The position numbers were made by a program, and so were the translations under genes. Positions 1 through 11,840 of a stretch of DNA of 64,000 nucleotides are shown piece by piece; the first letter of the stretch is position 1; each line of letters starts with the position of its first letter. Under the pieces are notes generated by a model. It saw nothing but the letters and a program-made list of their open reading frames with translations. It ran no database searches and was not told the origin of the DNA. The stretch is from Eledone cirrhosa. Taxonomy: Eukaryota. The stretch spans positions 291,586,001-291,650,000 of the forward strand of contig OZ024743.1 in the NCBI GenBank assembly GCA_964016885.1. Reading direction: 5' to 3'.

Positions 1-67
<67 letters not shown>

Positions 68-69
<2 letters not shown>

Positions 70-495
70 ATTTACAAGAATCAAAGCTATGTTCAAAGCA
101 TTTATTCACTTACAATTGTTTCATCCAAACCTCGGCTTGGAGTCTTCGGAGCATTTTTCAATGTTTGTACATAATTGACCTCCTTTCCGACGCAAGAGAC
201 ATACAGATACATATATATATATTGATGTACAGTGACATATATTACACTATACTATTTGTGTACAGCTATTCAAATTCAAGATCAAAATCAAAATCAAAAT
301 TAAAATAAAAATCAAAATTACAATATTAAAATACATTCGGCAGATAACACAGATAATGGATGAGGATAGTTTGATAGTCAGATCTAGTAGGTAGTGTATG
401 CGTTAGTTACACGTGGAGCATGCAAGTGTGTCTCATTTTTATACGATTATTGTGTGAATAAATGCTTTGAACATAGCTTTGATTCTTGTGAATTC
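68..495 (-). mobile_element. ORF-less fold-back mini-element (PLE pseudo-LTR-like) with hammerhead motif
   Basis: 42-bp inverted arms 68-109 / 454-495 (1 mismatch); hammerhead motif at 107-153 on minus strand; follows a (TA)n(GA)n tract. Confidence 0.65.
107..153 (-). ncRNA. Minimal type I hammerhead ribozyme motif (CCGAAGA core variant)
   Basis: Minus strand UGCU-CCGAAGA-C-UCCAAGC(CGAG)GUUUGGA-U-GAAAC-AAUU-GUA-AGUG; stems I and II pair; palindromic ACAAUUGU stem/loop III. Confidence 0.7.
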
Positions 496-3400
496 TATAT
501 AACTGCTCTGTAGAACAACTGATGTTATTACATTGAGCTATTTATGTTACTGGTAATAAGGTAGTAATAAATTACTGACCTTCACTGTTTAAGGTTTAAA
601 ATATACATAACTATAAAAAGTTTAATATATACATAACCATAAATAGTATCCTTAATATTATAGATATATATACAGAGAGATAGAGAGAGGGGGGAGTGAG
701 GGAGAGATTGAGAGAGATTTTCCCTACGATCATAGATGCCTGTGTTTCTGTAATACTAATTCATAAGATTAATCCTGTTAGTCATATATTACCATAGTTT
801 TGCAAAATTATCATCATAGTTTAGCCTAAAGCCATCTTCAGTACTGCAAAAACGTGTTCATTTGCTTTCCAGCACTAAACAACAGGATATTTCTCAGTCC
901 ATTTTCTAAAACATCACTTTCTAAACAAAGCAGGACCAATGAAAAAAAAACACTGACTAATATATATCTGTATTATACATATTTATCTCCAGTAAGCTAG
1001 TGTCAACATTCCAGTGGGAAGTGCCATATTCCACTTATGAAAGCGCGAAGAAACCCTTAAATGGAAATGCTATCAGGCTTCACCTTCAATTTATTTTCCT
1101 CCTAGCTTCACACTCAGACTGTTGGTGATTATCTTTGAATGCTTTTCTAATGTCGATTTAATTTAAAATATATAGTATAAATAGATTGCACAAATAACTG
1201 TCTAATATATGTTTAGAAAGAAGTATTATATTCAGTTATATCTTAACCGATCGATGGTGATTTGTCCATTTCTTTACCCCGTTATTTTTCGGTGTGATAG
1301 TCAGCTTTGACATTTTTCATGTTTATTATACTTCAACATTTGTCAATTGTGTATAGAAACCATTCTAATATCGTGTATCTTCTTGCCTGAACGTCAGCTA
1401 GAAAAGTGAATTGTGTAACTTTGCAATGTATAGTTTATTGCAAACTTTCATGTCATTTACCAAATCTAAACACGATATAGGCGTATATAAGCCGATAGAA
1501 TCTGCTTAAATAGAATCTTCTGTGAAAAGAGCTTCTGTGTTATCGCTTTCAAACCAATTCTTAGCACTATTTCTTTAGATATTCAGATTTCTTCTATTCA
1601 ACAAATCCAATGACTTGGAACGGAATCTGTCGACTAGAAATATATATAGCAGCAGCAACATCAGAAATCCGGCAATGATTTTATTCCCATATAATGCCTT
1701 TTGGGGAGGTTATCTTTCTTTGAGTGGAAAGAAATTAAACAGTTAATGTAGACACGTTAAAATATTGTACTATTTCGTACCTTTAACACACACGAATATG
1801 AATGTGAATCAGCATAAGAGCAACATCAGATTCTAGAACAACGTAATATTCGTTAAAGTATATGCTAAACTTGTGTACTCGATTTATGTAGAACAGAAGT
1901 AATAGCAGTAAAAACTACGAAACAGTTAATCCTAATATCCCTTAAACTTTGATCTCTCATTATTGTATGTAACAATAAAATAGAGAAACTGAGAAACAAT
2001 ATTGCCATTGTATACTATTCTTAATAGAATGTATGAACTTCTTTGAAAAGTCAGTTGATATGGCTGTAACTGATATCAGAATAAATCTGAAGCATAAACG
2101 AAGTTGTTTCCCCAGCGTACTGATTAAATGAAAATATTTGTTTTTGATTAATATTTATTTTTCCTTATAACATATTTAATCCGTGTTAGTTACTGCTGAG
2201 TTAATTGTCTATAGTCGAAGTTAGATATTGCTAACAGTAAGTAAATTGTTGTTTTTCATGCTCAGGGCATGCCCAAATTATTCATTATTTGAATATATCT
2301 CCTTTGGTTTAGGGCAATAATTTAAATTAGCGTTGCTTGCGCCATCCTTATTCCACATGCGTTGCTCATGATATTTATTAATGATATGATTAAAAATATT
2401 CAATAGAGGATCATCAGTTCGGAGCTCATCCAGGTTTTACGTAGAACAAAGAAACTGAGATAATTCAAGACCGTAACAGACCCCACTTGCAGCTGGTACA
2501 CAGTTTTAGCTACATACATTCGACCTCCTGCAAACTCGGATTATTGAAGCCAAAATTTCTCCGTTGAATAATGACGTTTGTAATTTAATAGTGACGAGCA
2601 ATCCAATTTAATAATATAGTGATTTTGGTGAGAGTGATATACATTTGATATGATTCACAGATATAGTATGAGGCAATAAACGAGAAGCCCTGATGCAACG
2701 AACGCATCTGTGCTAACGAACACACACCTTTCACCCCACCCAAAATCACCAACAAAAAGTTATACACTGGCACACATTCATTTAAAGACTACAACATAGA
2801 ATCATTTAACTCGTTTCAACGTTTTCTTTCTGTGCTCAACTATAAATATGGATATACATGTATCTCCTTATAGAGACGTAGATGAACTGTTGTGACATAC
2901 GGTATTTCTTTGTCAAATTATATCTGTCGTAGTGCATTATGTGTATTTACATTATGTACCTAAAACAAACATCATTACAATCTCGTTATACCTTTGTGTA
3001 TATCCTTCAATATCCTGAGGTCTGAGCTTCAGTTTCATTGCCTGGCAACTCCAGATTTGAACGCAGCTGAATTCTTCTTGAATGAGGCAGAGAAACACAC
3101 AAAGAGAGGGATGGAGACAGACTGACAGTGAGGGAGGTATAAAGTTCGTTAGGTGAGGTGGGAAAGAATTGTCTCCAATAACGGACAGTTATATTTTAAT
3201 TGATTAAGAAAGGATAACAGGCAATGTTGACTTCGGCGGGAGTTAATCATATCGTAGAGATCCGAAAGAAATACGGCAAAAGTTCTATCAATTCTGAGAA
3301 TATATCCACCATAATGTATTAGGTTCACTATGAATATGATTGCATTGACTTCTCTGTTATCAGAAGCTCAAAATGTTTGAGAGAATCGCGCCGATTCAAA

Positions 3401-3710
3401 CGTCTGAAGGATTTAGCTTGTACTGATTTGGAGCAACCAAGTTTAAATTCATAGGTTAGTTTTAAATCAACGTAATTGAATCTTTGAAAGCATGTTTTCG
3501 GTGCTCCACCGACTATGGTGCTTATTCAACTGAAAATAATGAGAATCAGAAACATCTAGAGCAATAAGTGTTATGCTATTTATAGTTGACGGAATCGTAT
3601 CAATTCTTTGCTGAATAATATCATTTCATGTGTGTGGATTTCCCTTAAAAATTAAAGAGAATCAATTATATTTTGCAACAAATAGCTTGTTGTAATGCAT
3701 TTCATTTTCA

Positions 3711-3775
<65 letters not shown>

Positions 3776-3878
3776 TATATATATATAGTAATAATAATAA
3801 ATTTGAAGACTAAAATCCAAAGAGGGCTAGATAAGTATAAATATAAATCAAATATATAAGAACCGTAGAGCAAATATT

Positions 3879-3958
3879 TATTAAAATAAGAGATTAAAGT
3901 TTAAGCAAAGAATCCCTGCTTTCACCCTTTGCTTAAACTTTAATCTGTTATTTTAATA
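3879..3958. repeat. Short hairpin made of a PLE-like tail
   Basis: 32-bp inverted arms 3879-3910 / 3927-3958; left arm plus spacer is the reverse complement of the hammerhead 3' half and tail at about 45724-45772. Confidence 0.65.
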
Positions 3959-4074
3959 TATATATGTTTTCCTGTGTTCCTAAACATAATAAATAACAAC
4001 TCCTGAAACAGTAGTCAAAATTAAATCAAAGCAGTTTACTAGTGAGCAACGTAATAAACTGATATATTAATATT

Positions 4075-4140
4075 ACGGGGTCGATAAAATAATGTACTTG
4101 CTAATTGCTGGCCTTGTGCCTAAAGTAGAAACAATTATAT
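4075..4140 (+). mobile_element. SINE 3' fragment (MetaSINE-like)
   Basis: acggggtcgataaaataa...ggccttgtgcctaaagtagaaacaatt, shared with 63420-63495. Confidence 0.65.
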
Positions 4141-4459
4141 ATATAATAGTATTATAAAAGAATAATTTTTTAATAAAAAGCCTCTTGATTTTATGAATGA
4201 TACCAATATGTTTTCACCCATTTCAATCCCCACAAACTTCCCTCCCTCATAAGGACCTGCTCTCATGTGAGATCTTCCGACTTCGTCACCATACACTAAA
4301 GCAATCAATATTTGTGTTTTGTGAGAGTAAAAAGATAATCATTTTTGGGTTACAAACAAATTAAGTGACATAGCGAGGATTCCAATTGGGAATTGTATGA
4401 GTAGTATAGTTTAATCTTGGAGACCCAAAATATAATTTCATTTCCCTCTATCTGAATAA

Positions 4460-5975
4460 TATTGTTATTACTCTATCTGTTATATTTTTATTTTATAGGG
4501 ATTTATGTCGGAGTCGATTTCTCCTCTTTGTCTGCTTCATTATTCAACAAGGAAATAGTTGAACCAAAACACAAGTTGATGTTGATTGTTTTAATTAGGG
4601 ACATATACCTATTTTGAATAATCGGAATGTAGAGAGAAATTAGTTTAAAATGAATTTAAAAGATGATATACAGTAGTGCCCACATGTAGTCCCCCCCACC
4701 CCACCCCCCGCCTCCATGCAAATATTAAACTAGTCAAGTTTTAATTTAATGTGTCTGCATCACCAATTATATACGTAAGACAAATCCATCCGATACCCCA
4801 GCAATACCACTAATCTTTTATCTTCCGCGGTGAGGAAGGAATAAAGTGATCTTACTGTTCCAAGAATTTATATTTTGTTTCGATAATTCTTCCCACAGTT
4901 TATAGAAATTATTTTAAACCTTGCTTTACTAGGCATTACTTTCTGTACTCATGAGGTAAAATTAATTGTTTTGGCTCTTATGTTTACAGAATCATTAGAA
5001 CCGACATGGAATAACACTACCTCCTCGAGGAGTTATCTACCCGTAAAAAATAATCTCATTTAATCGGTCTGCCATAATAGATTTTAAAACAGTTACATAC
5101 TAATATTGTTACAAAAGTATTGACACACTTACTAGGAATACGTGTATATGCTTTGCCGTTATTAGTTTTATTGACTCGAGAGTGATTTAAACTTGAAACA
5201 TTATTTGTAACTGACATAAATACACCAATGCATTTCAGCAACACTAACGCCGTGTTTTTTCACAACATAATAAACAATGTCATACCAAAAAATATATGCA
5301 TATAGAATATCTGAATAGATCTGTATAGATCTACATGTGTGGTTGGGTTAAGCCAACTATATGGCTTTCACACCTTTCTGTATGACAATTGAGACGGGAA
5401 ATTTAACAAAATTCAAATAGCTATAACAGAGAATGCATATTTTGTCGTCATCTCGATTCCCCGAAAATTAATTTTCTTTTGCATTACAGTATTTTCCTCG
5501 CACAAAAAATATATATAATTTGTTTCCTCATTTATGGAATATAATACATTGCATCAGTGTTCATTTAAATAGAAAATTTTAATATTTAACGCTCCAAATA
5601 TTTATTCAATATTATATAATTGACTATATTCCACCATTTTTCAATTCTCTTTTTTTCCGGAAATTTGTTTCAAGTACTTAATCGGTGATACAAGCAAATT
5701 CAATTAAAACTTGGCTAGTTTAATATTAGCATGTGGGGGGAATAACTAAAAGAGGACACTACTGTATATAGGATGTTGAATCCATTTTTAACTATTCTCT
5801 CTTTACTTTCTGATAATTCTATGTAGGTATATTTCTCCAAATAAAAAATCAACATCTACTCGTGTTTCGGTTCAAGTATAACCTTATTGTACAACGAAGC
5901 AGAAAAAGTAAGGAAATCTACGGCAACGTAAATACGTACAAGATAAAATGATAACAAATACAGTAATAAAAATGA
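4460..5975. mobile_element. Old long inverted-repeat structure containing a Tc1/mariner-like MITE boundary
   Basis: Diverged ~300-bp inverted arms ~4460-4770 / ~5670-5975; inner TA|CAGTAGTG at 4671 and CACTACTG|TA ending 5764. Confidence 0.55.
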
Positions 5976-6320
5976 AATTGAATTATATCAATTCAACTGA
6001 AATTCACCGTGGAGATAAATCATGAGAATGAAATCATCAGTTTAAAGTGAAACAGAATAAGCTGTATGTAATTCAAATTAAGAAATGAGAAGTAATACAA
6101 AATAGAGTATGTGAGAAAAAGTAAAATCTAATTATTACTCTAATTTATTTCGTATAAAATATATTGATAAGTTACCTCTTAGTCACGTTGTTCAATTTGA
6201 CTATCATATTGGTAATGTTCGTGACAATTTAATTATAAACTCTGTCTCTTCCAGAAAATTATTAGGTGTTTTCTTAGATTCTTTTCTCGTATTATTGGTA
6301 ACCTTTAAGATGATGTTTTC

Positions 6321-6373
<53 letters not shown>

Positions 6374-7616
6374 CAGACACTAACCGATTTGTTCTTAAAT
6401 TCCCACGGTCACAGAGTTGTTATCGATCTTGTATAACATAATGATTTTTTTCTCTCTTTGCACAGTATAGATATATAATAGATTACAGACTGTATATTAC
6501 TGGAACAATAGAAAAAGAAAACAAAATTCTACTATACCAGTTGCTAATTCCTGTATATATCTTTTATATATTTCCAAAAGGGTATATTTGAAAGTTTTGT
6601 CGTTTATTTTGTTCTTTCAGATATGAATACTGGGTGTAACAATATAGTTGTTGGTGTAGTTACATCTAGATCCCACATGTATACATAATTAAACTGCTTC
6701 AGGATTACCTGCCCACATCTGCACAGTCAGAAGATATCTTAGCTCAGATACGTTTCTCCAACACTTCAAGTATGAAATGAAATGAACAATACTGCTCTTA
6801 TAATTATGAATGTTCTGCTATTACCATCATAAACATCATTGGCAGTAAACAAAATCAAACCATACGACTAAATTGTTTATATTTCTTTACTCTCACAAGA
6901 GGAATTGATGTGATATTATTCCCGTATTGATCTTTTCAGCGAGGTGTTCAAATTACATCCTATACTCCTCAGTGAGCACTTTATGCAGTCCTTGTTTCCG
7001 ACGAATGGAATATTCCAGAATATATTGCATACTGCTATTTTGTCTGGAGATCTCCCTAAGAGTACGTTTTTTTTAACGGTAGCATGTACTCACGAGACAC
7101 ATATATTTTGATTGATTTCGTTGATAGACATCAAATGCCATCCATGAACGGGGAGTTCTATAGCGTTAACGTACCACTCGAAAAGGTACAATTTGGTGAC
7201 TGCAAGGAAAATATAAGAATAGATGAGTTTTATTAGCTATAACCTTTATATTCATATTTTCATCTTAATTGGCTTCTGTCAACAATACACTGGGACATAG
7301 ATAACAATTGATAGAACAAAATCATTGTTATCCACAATGTCTGCATAAATCATTGTGTTATCCATAATGTCTGCATTAATCGAATATAGAAATGATAGCC
7401 ATATTCAGCTTCTTAATGTAAGTTAGCATCAGTTGTTGGTTAATGACAATATTTCAATTTCGATTAACTCTTCTCCGCGAAAAAAATCCGTTGAAAACCC
7501 AAGAAACATTTATTACATAGCAGGGTCTCTTACATGCTTTTCAATGCTATTCAGGCTACTCTAATGTAGATTAGCCTGAACGAATCGGATATTCCTATTT
7601 CCTCTAATATATGTAT

Positions 7617-7673
<57 letters not shown>

Positions 7674-7784
7674 ATACTTTGGCTCTCCCAAAGTAAAACA
7701 ATATATATATATATATAATAGTAGAAACCTGTCGGGTAACATACGTAGTACTAGAGCACTCAGTCCATAGGACGAGTTTGGTAG

Positions 7785-8162
7785 AAATAGTTCCACAACA
7801 GTTAGTTCACCATACCGAGAGCAAATGTTTCACCTTATGTGGTTCCTCAACTCGGTCTGAATTAAGTTGTACGGAAAAGTTGTACACCCATTACATAATT
7901 ACGAAGTTCCAGATTGACTAACATCAACAATCTATAATATTCTGAATAATTTGAATAATTTATTCGGGACACCCGCGGATATCTCCCTTACATCGATCGA
8001 TTGTGATTTTACCTCGCCCAGGAGAAGTGGCCGCTTCTGTGCAAGCGTATCCGTACGGTTGTTTTTCATTTTCCGTACAACTTCATTCAGACCGAGCTGA
8101 GGAGTTGCATAAGGTGAAACATTTGTTCTCTGTATGGTGAACTAACTGTTGTGGAACTATTT
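7785..8162. mobile_element. Fold-back mini-element with a hammerhead in each arm
   Basis: ~94-bp inverted arms 7785-7878 / 8069-8162, directly followed by a (TA)n tract. Confidence 0.75.
8092..8132 (+). ncRNA. Hammerhead ribozyme motif (mirror copy 7815-7855 on minus)
   Basis: Consensus of the two arms: CCGAG-CUGAGGA-ACC(ACAUAA)GGU-GAAAC-AUUU-GUU-CUCGG, with a 5-bp stem I. Confidence 0.7.
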
Positions 8163-8165
8163 ATT

Positions 8166-8197
<32 letters not shown>

Positions 8198-8370
8198 AAT
8201 AAATGGTATATATATGTACAGATATGTATGTATATGTAAGTGTTTATATATTTGTATGTGTGTATATATATATACATACACATACAAATAAATAAAGACT
8301 ATCCCATATTACCACTAGGCCGCATGCCTCCACCATATATATATGTATATATATATATATATAAAAGAAA

Positions 8371-8868
8371 TAGGATTTCGCTTCAAGCATAGCAATATAC
8401 AATTTGTATAAACATTTCGTATCTCCAAAGAAATACGGTATTAGGAAGACGTAGCTATGCAAACACCGGGGAGCTAACGCCCTATGGTGATGTCCAGCAG
8501 AAGCAAGGGGGACAGCCGACTATGCATTTCAGGCTTAACTGGCCATCGTCAGGACGGTCCCTCCCAGCGCTTGCGACTGCTGGAATAGAAGACAGGCGAG
8601 AATATATAGTTTTCTCGTCTGTGTAAATGAGGTGATTAATCTCATTTACTTGAAGCTATGCTTGAAGCGAAATCCTAGTTCTGTTTTTATTATAAGTTAG
8701 CCAACTTATGCAGCTTCATATGAAAATGACATTAATCACCTCATTTAAACAGACGAGAAGACTATATACACTCGCCGGTCTTCTAGTCCAGCAGTCGCAA
8801 GCGGTGGGAGGGACCGTCCTGACGATGGCCAGTTAAGCCTGAAATGCATAGACTGTTGTCCTCCTTGC
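8371..8868. mobile_element. Fold-back mini-element with interleaved inverted repeats and hammerheads
   Basis: Perfect 23-bp inverted pair 8371-8393 / 8655-8677; ~138-bp inverted pair 8503-8640 / 8731-8868; lies between (TA)n and (CA)n(TA)n tracts. Confidence 0.75.
8508..8561 (-). ncRNA. Hammerhead ribozyme motif (mirror copy ~8810-8862 on plus)
   Basis: Minus strand GGGACCGUC-CUGACGA-U-GGC(CAGUUAA)GCC-U-GAAAU-GCAUA-GUC-GGCUGUCCC; intact CUGANGA/GAAA core and GUC site. Confidence 0.75.
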
Positions 8869-8869
8869 A

Positions 8870-9024
<155 letters not shown>

Positions 9025-9027
9025 TAC

Positions 9028-10556
9028 GGGATAACAGGTTATTGTTATGGCGGTCCACTTAAATATAATATTTCTTGTAGTGGGTAGTATTAACGTGTGG
9101 CTTAGTTTGACTCAACAAGACGTTTCCATAGTGATGCTGCGAGTTCGCGGTGTTTCTATGTAGTTTATACTTGGAGTAATAATAATTCAAGAAAGAAGAT
9201 TGACATGGTTCATTATACAATAAGGCCTTTATACACATTGTTTACAATTGTTTCTTTGATCTGGCAGGTCTAGGGTTCGCTATACGCCTGATTTTGCGTC
9301 AATCGATCTCCAATACTTTGTTTATAACCAGTATTTATAATCGAAGCGGGTGAAATGAACAAAATACATAAGGCATGGTTTTTATATAAGTGTGGCATTA
9401 AACCAGAACAAGAATTTCAATGATAAAATAAAATAACTAGATAGCAGACAATTAAAATAATAACATCAATATAAGTAAGAGATAGAGTATAATGGAGAAT
9501 CTAGCATGTTAAACAGACTGATATGATACGGATGTATGGAATTGACATGTGAAAACTGCTATAGGGTACATTAGATATAGTGATAGGGTAGCGACTAGAT
9601 AACAGTAACCACTAAGATGTACTTGGAGACAGACTTTATGAGGTATCCACCGTGCTGTAGGTATTCTAGCAATAAACCAGAGGTTTACATTTTATTTTTT
9701 TTTTTATTTGACAGATAAACATTTTCGTTTGATTAATTTAGTGATGATGATAGTTTTTATGTGGATTTTATGAGTAGTAGATTCGTTATTTAAGTGGCCT
9801 ATACTAAAGGTAGGGGTTGTTACTTCGGATCGTGGGGGTTTAGTTTTCACAGCATCAATAACAAGTCGTGTATAAATAGGACAGTGATAATAACAATAAT
9901 AGAAGGTAGTAAAGTAGTGAAATGTGCATGGTAGGTATATAGAACATGATAAATAATATTAGGGCAATATTGAGATGTTCATAATAATAATAAGAATAAT
10001 AAGAGGAAAGTGAGATTTCAAGGGATGTAGGAGTAATAAGATAATGTACTTAGAATTAGTTTCATCTGTTAGAGATCGTGAGTGCTAATGAGAGATATAG
10101 ATCCTTGGTCCGAAGTAGTTGGTAACCGCGAATGTATGATTGATTTATGGGCTGATAAGATAGTTGTAGACATATTCTAGTGGGATAGAATTAGGGAGGC
10201 TATAAGGTATTTCTAGAAGATTATAGTCCTCTATGGGCTGTGTGAGGAGGTGGATTTCATATGTTAAAAGCTAAGTGGTATTGGTTCGATTCACGGTGTG
10301 TTAAATCTCGCGAATTTTGTAGCAATCCTGTGTCTGCAGAAAATTGACCTTCGTACCTTGCTGTTGAGTAGCATTTTATCGTTCCTTAAGATATGCAGCA
10401 ATTCAAGGTTGCAGAGCCCGCAGTAGTACATACCGCTGCTATATGTCTTTGCGGTCGCCAATTTCGACGAGCTAATATTATAATCAAGGTTTTTGTCCTT
10501 CAGTTGTCAGATTTTATTGGCGAGGGTTGTAGAACTTATCAGAGCACGGTACTTCA
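9028..10556 (-). mobile_element. Penelope-like element 3' part (same family as 37592-40445), decayed
   Basis: Minus translation near 10320-10540 reads TTLANKI*QLKDK...YYCGLCNLELLHI...LLNS...CRH (C-terminal part of the GIY-YIG region); tail 9028-9210 is homologous to the reverse complement of 40260-40445; decayed hammerhead with GAAACAAUUGUA near 9240-9320. Confidence 0.65.
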
Positions 10557-10559
10557 TTG

Positions 10560-10599
10560 AATGTCTTTCGTCACACATTATGTGACCTCTTCAGTGACT
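10560..10599 (-). ncRNA. Hammerhead ribozyme motif at the PLE 3' end (mirror copy ~11794-11836)
   Basis: CUGAAGA-G-GUCACAU(AAU)GUGUGAC-GAAAG; 7-bp stem II; the plus-strand copy has UUGAAGA. Confidence 0.65.
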
Positions 10600-11840
10600 G
10601 GGGATTATATTGTTTGTGTTGTGCCTCTCCTTTGTTCTGTCCTACGCAATCTTGTTTTTGTGTATGTTGTGTGCTTAGTTTGCGCATGTGTTACATCCAG
10701 GTATCTGTGTGTGTTTTTATTTGTTTATTTATTTGTTTATTTGCATGTTACTAGTTAGTTGTTTGTTCTATGTATATGTGTTTTCATTTTGTCCTTAATT
10801 GTAAGTTGTGTTGATGCTATTCCATTTATGTTTTCTATTTAATTTTGATTGGAGTTTATTTATGTTTATTACCTCTGTGATTTATATAAACATTGCGTCT
10901 TTTTTGTGTGTAGATTTTATTTTTATTTCTATGTTCTCTAATTTGCCCTTATGTTCTATTTTAGCATGTTGGTGGAGTACTGATGAGTCTTTTCTATCTT
11001 GGAGTTCTCACCAGTGTTCATTTAATCGTTCTTCTATGCTACGAGCTGTCTCACCTATGTACATTATATTCTTATCTTTACATTGTCCCTTAGTACATAT
11101 TATGCAATATACTATGTTTCTAGTTTTACAGTTAATATGGGGGCTTAGTTTACAGATTATGTATTTCTTATCTATACAGGGGGTCGTTGAAAAGGGTGTG
11201 TATTATTAATAAGTGTTTTTATGGAGGTACCTGGTATTTCCACTATCTTAATATTTAGGTTAAGTTTATCTAGGGTCCTTCTAAATGTGTAAGCTAGTTC
11301 ACCTCTAGGGGTTGTACTCTGGAATTTATTGCTATCATACCATGAGTTTATTTTATTAACCTTATTCATAGTTCTTTCTATTCTATTCCAAAATGTGTTC
11401 CTATACAAGGGGCAGGTCCCATTTGTATCATTATTTACCATGTTTCCCATTTGGTTCTGGCTCCTCTTTATACTCTGATTTTAACATCTACACACAGAAA
11501 AGACGCAATGTTTAGACAAATCAGAAAGGCAATAAACATAACTGAACTCCAACCAAAATTAAATAGAAAACATAAATGGAATAGCAACATCACAACTTAA
11601 AATTAAGGAGAAAATGAAAACAACACACATAGAACAAACAACTAACTAGTAAAATGTAAATAAATAAATAAATACATAAATAAACAAATAAAAACACACA
11701 CAGACACCCGGATGTAACACATGCGCAAACACAAAAAACAAGATGGCGTAGGACAGAACAAAGGAGAGGCACAAAACAAAGAATAGAATCTCCAGTCATT
11801 GAAGAGGTCACATAATGTGTGACGAAAGAAATTTGAGAAT
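10563..11840 (-). mobile_element. Second-family Penelope-like element 3' part with inverted pseudo-LTR
   Basis: Minus translation PLYR..W.R..WY..TPRGEL..IKIVEIPG..PF, then MYIGETARSIEERLNEH (GIY-YIG); ~350-bp inverted arms ~10563-10918 / ~11483-11830. Confidence 0.75.
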
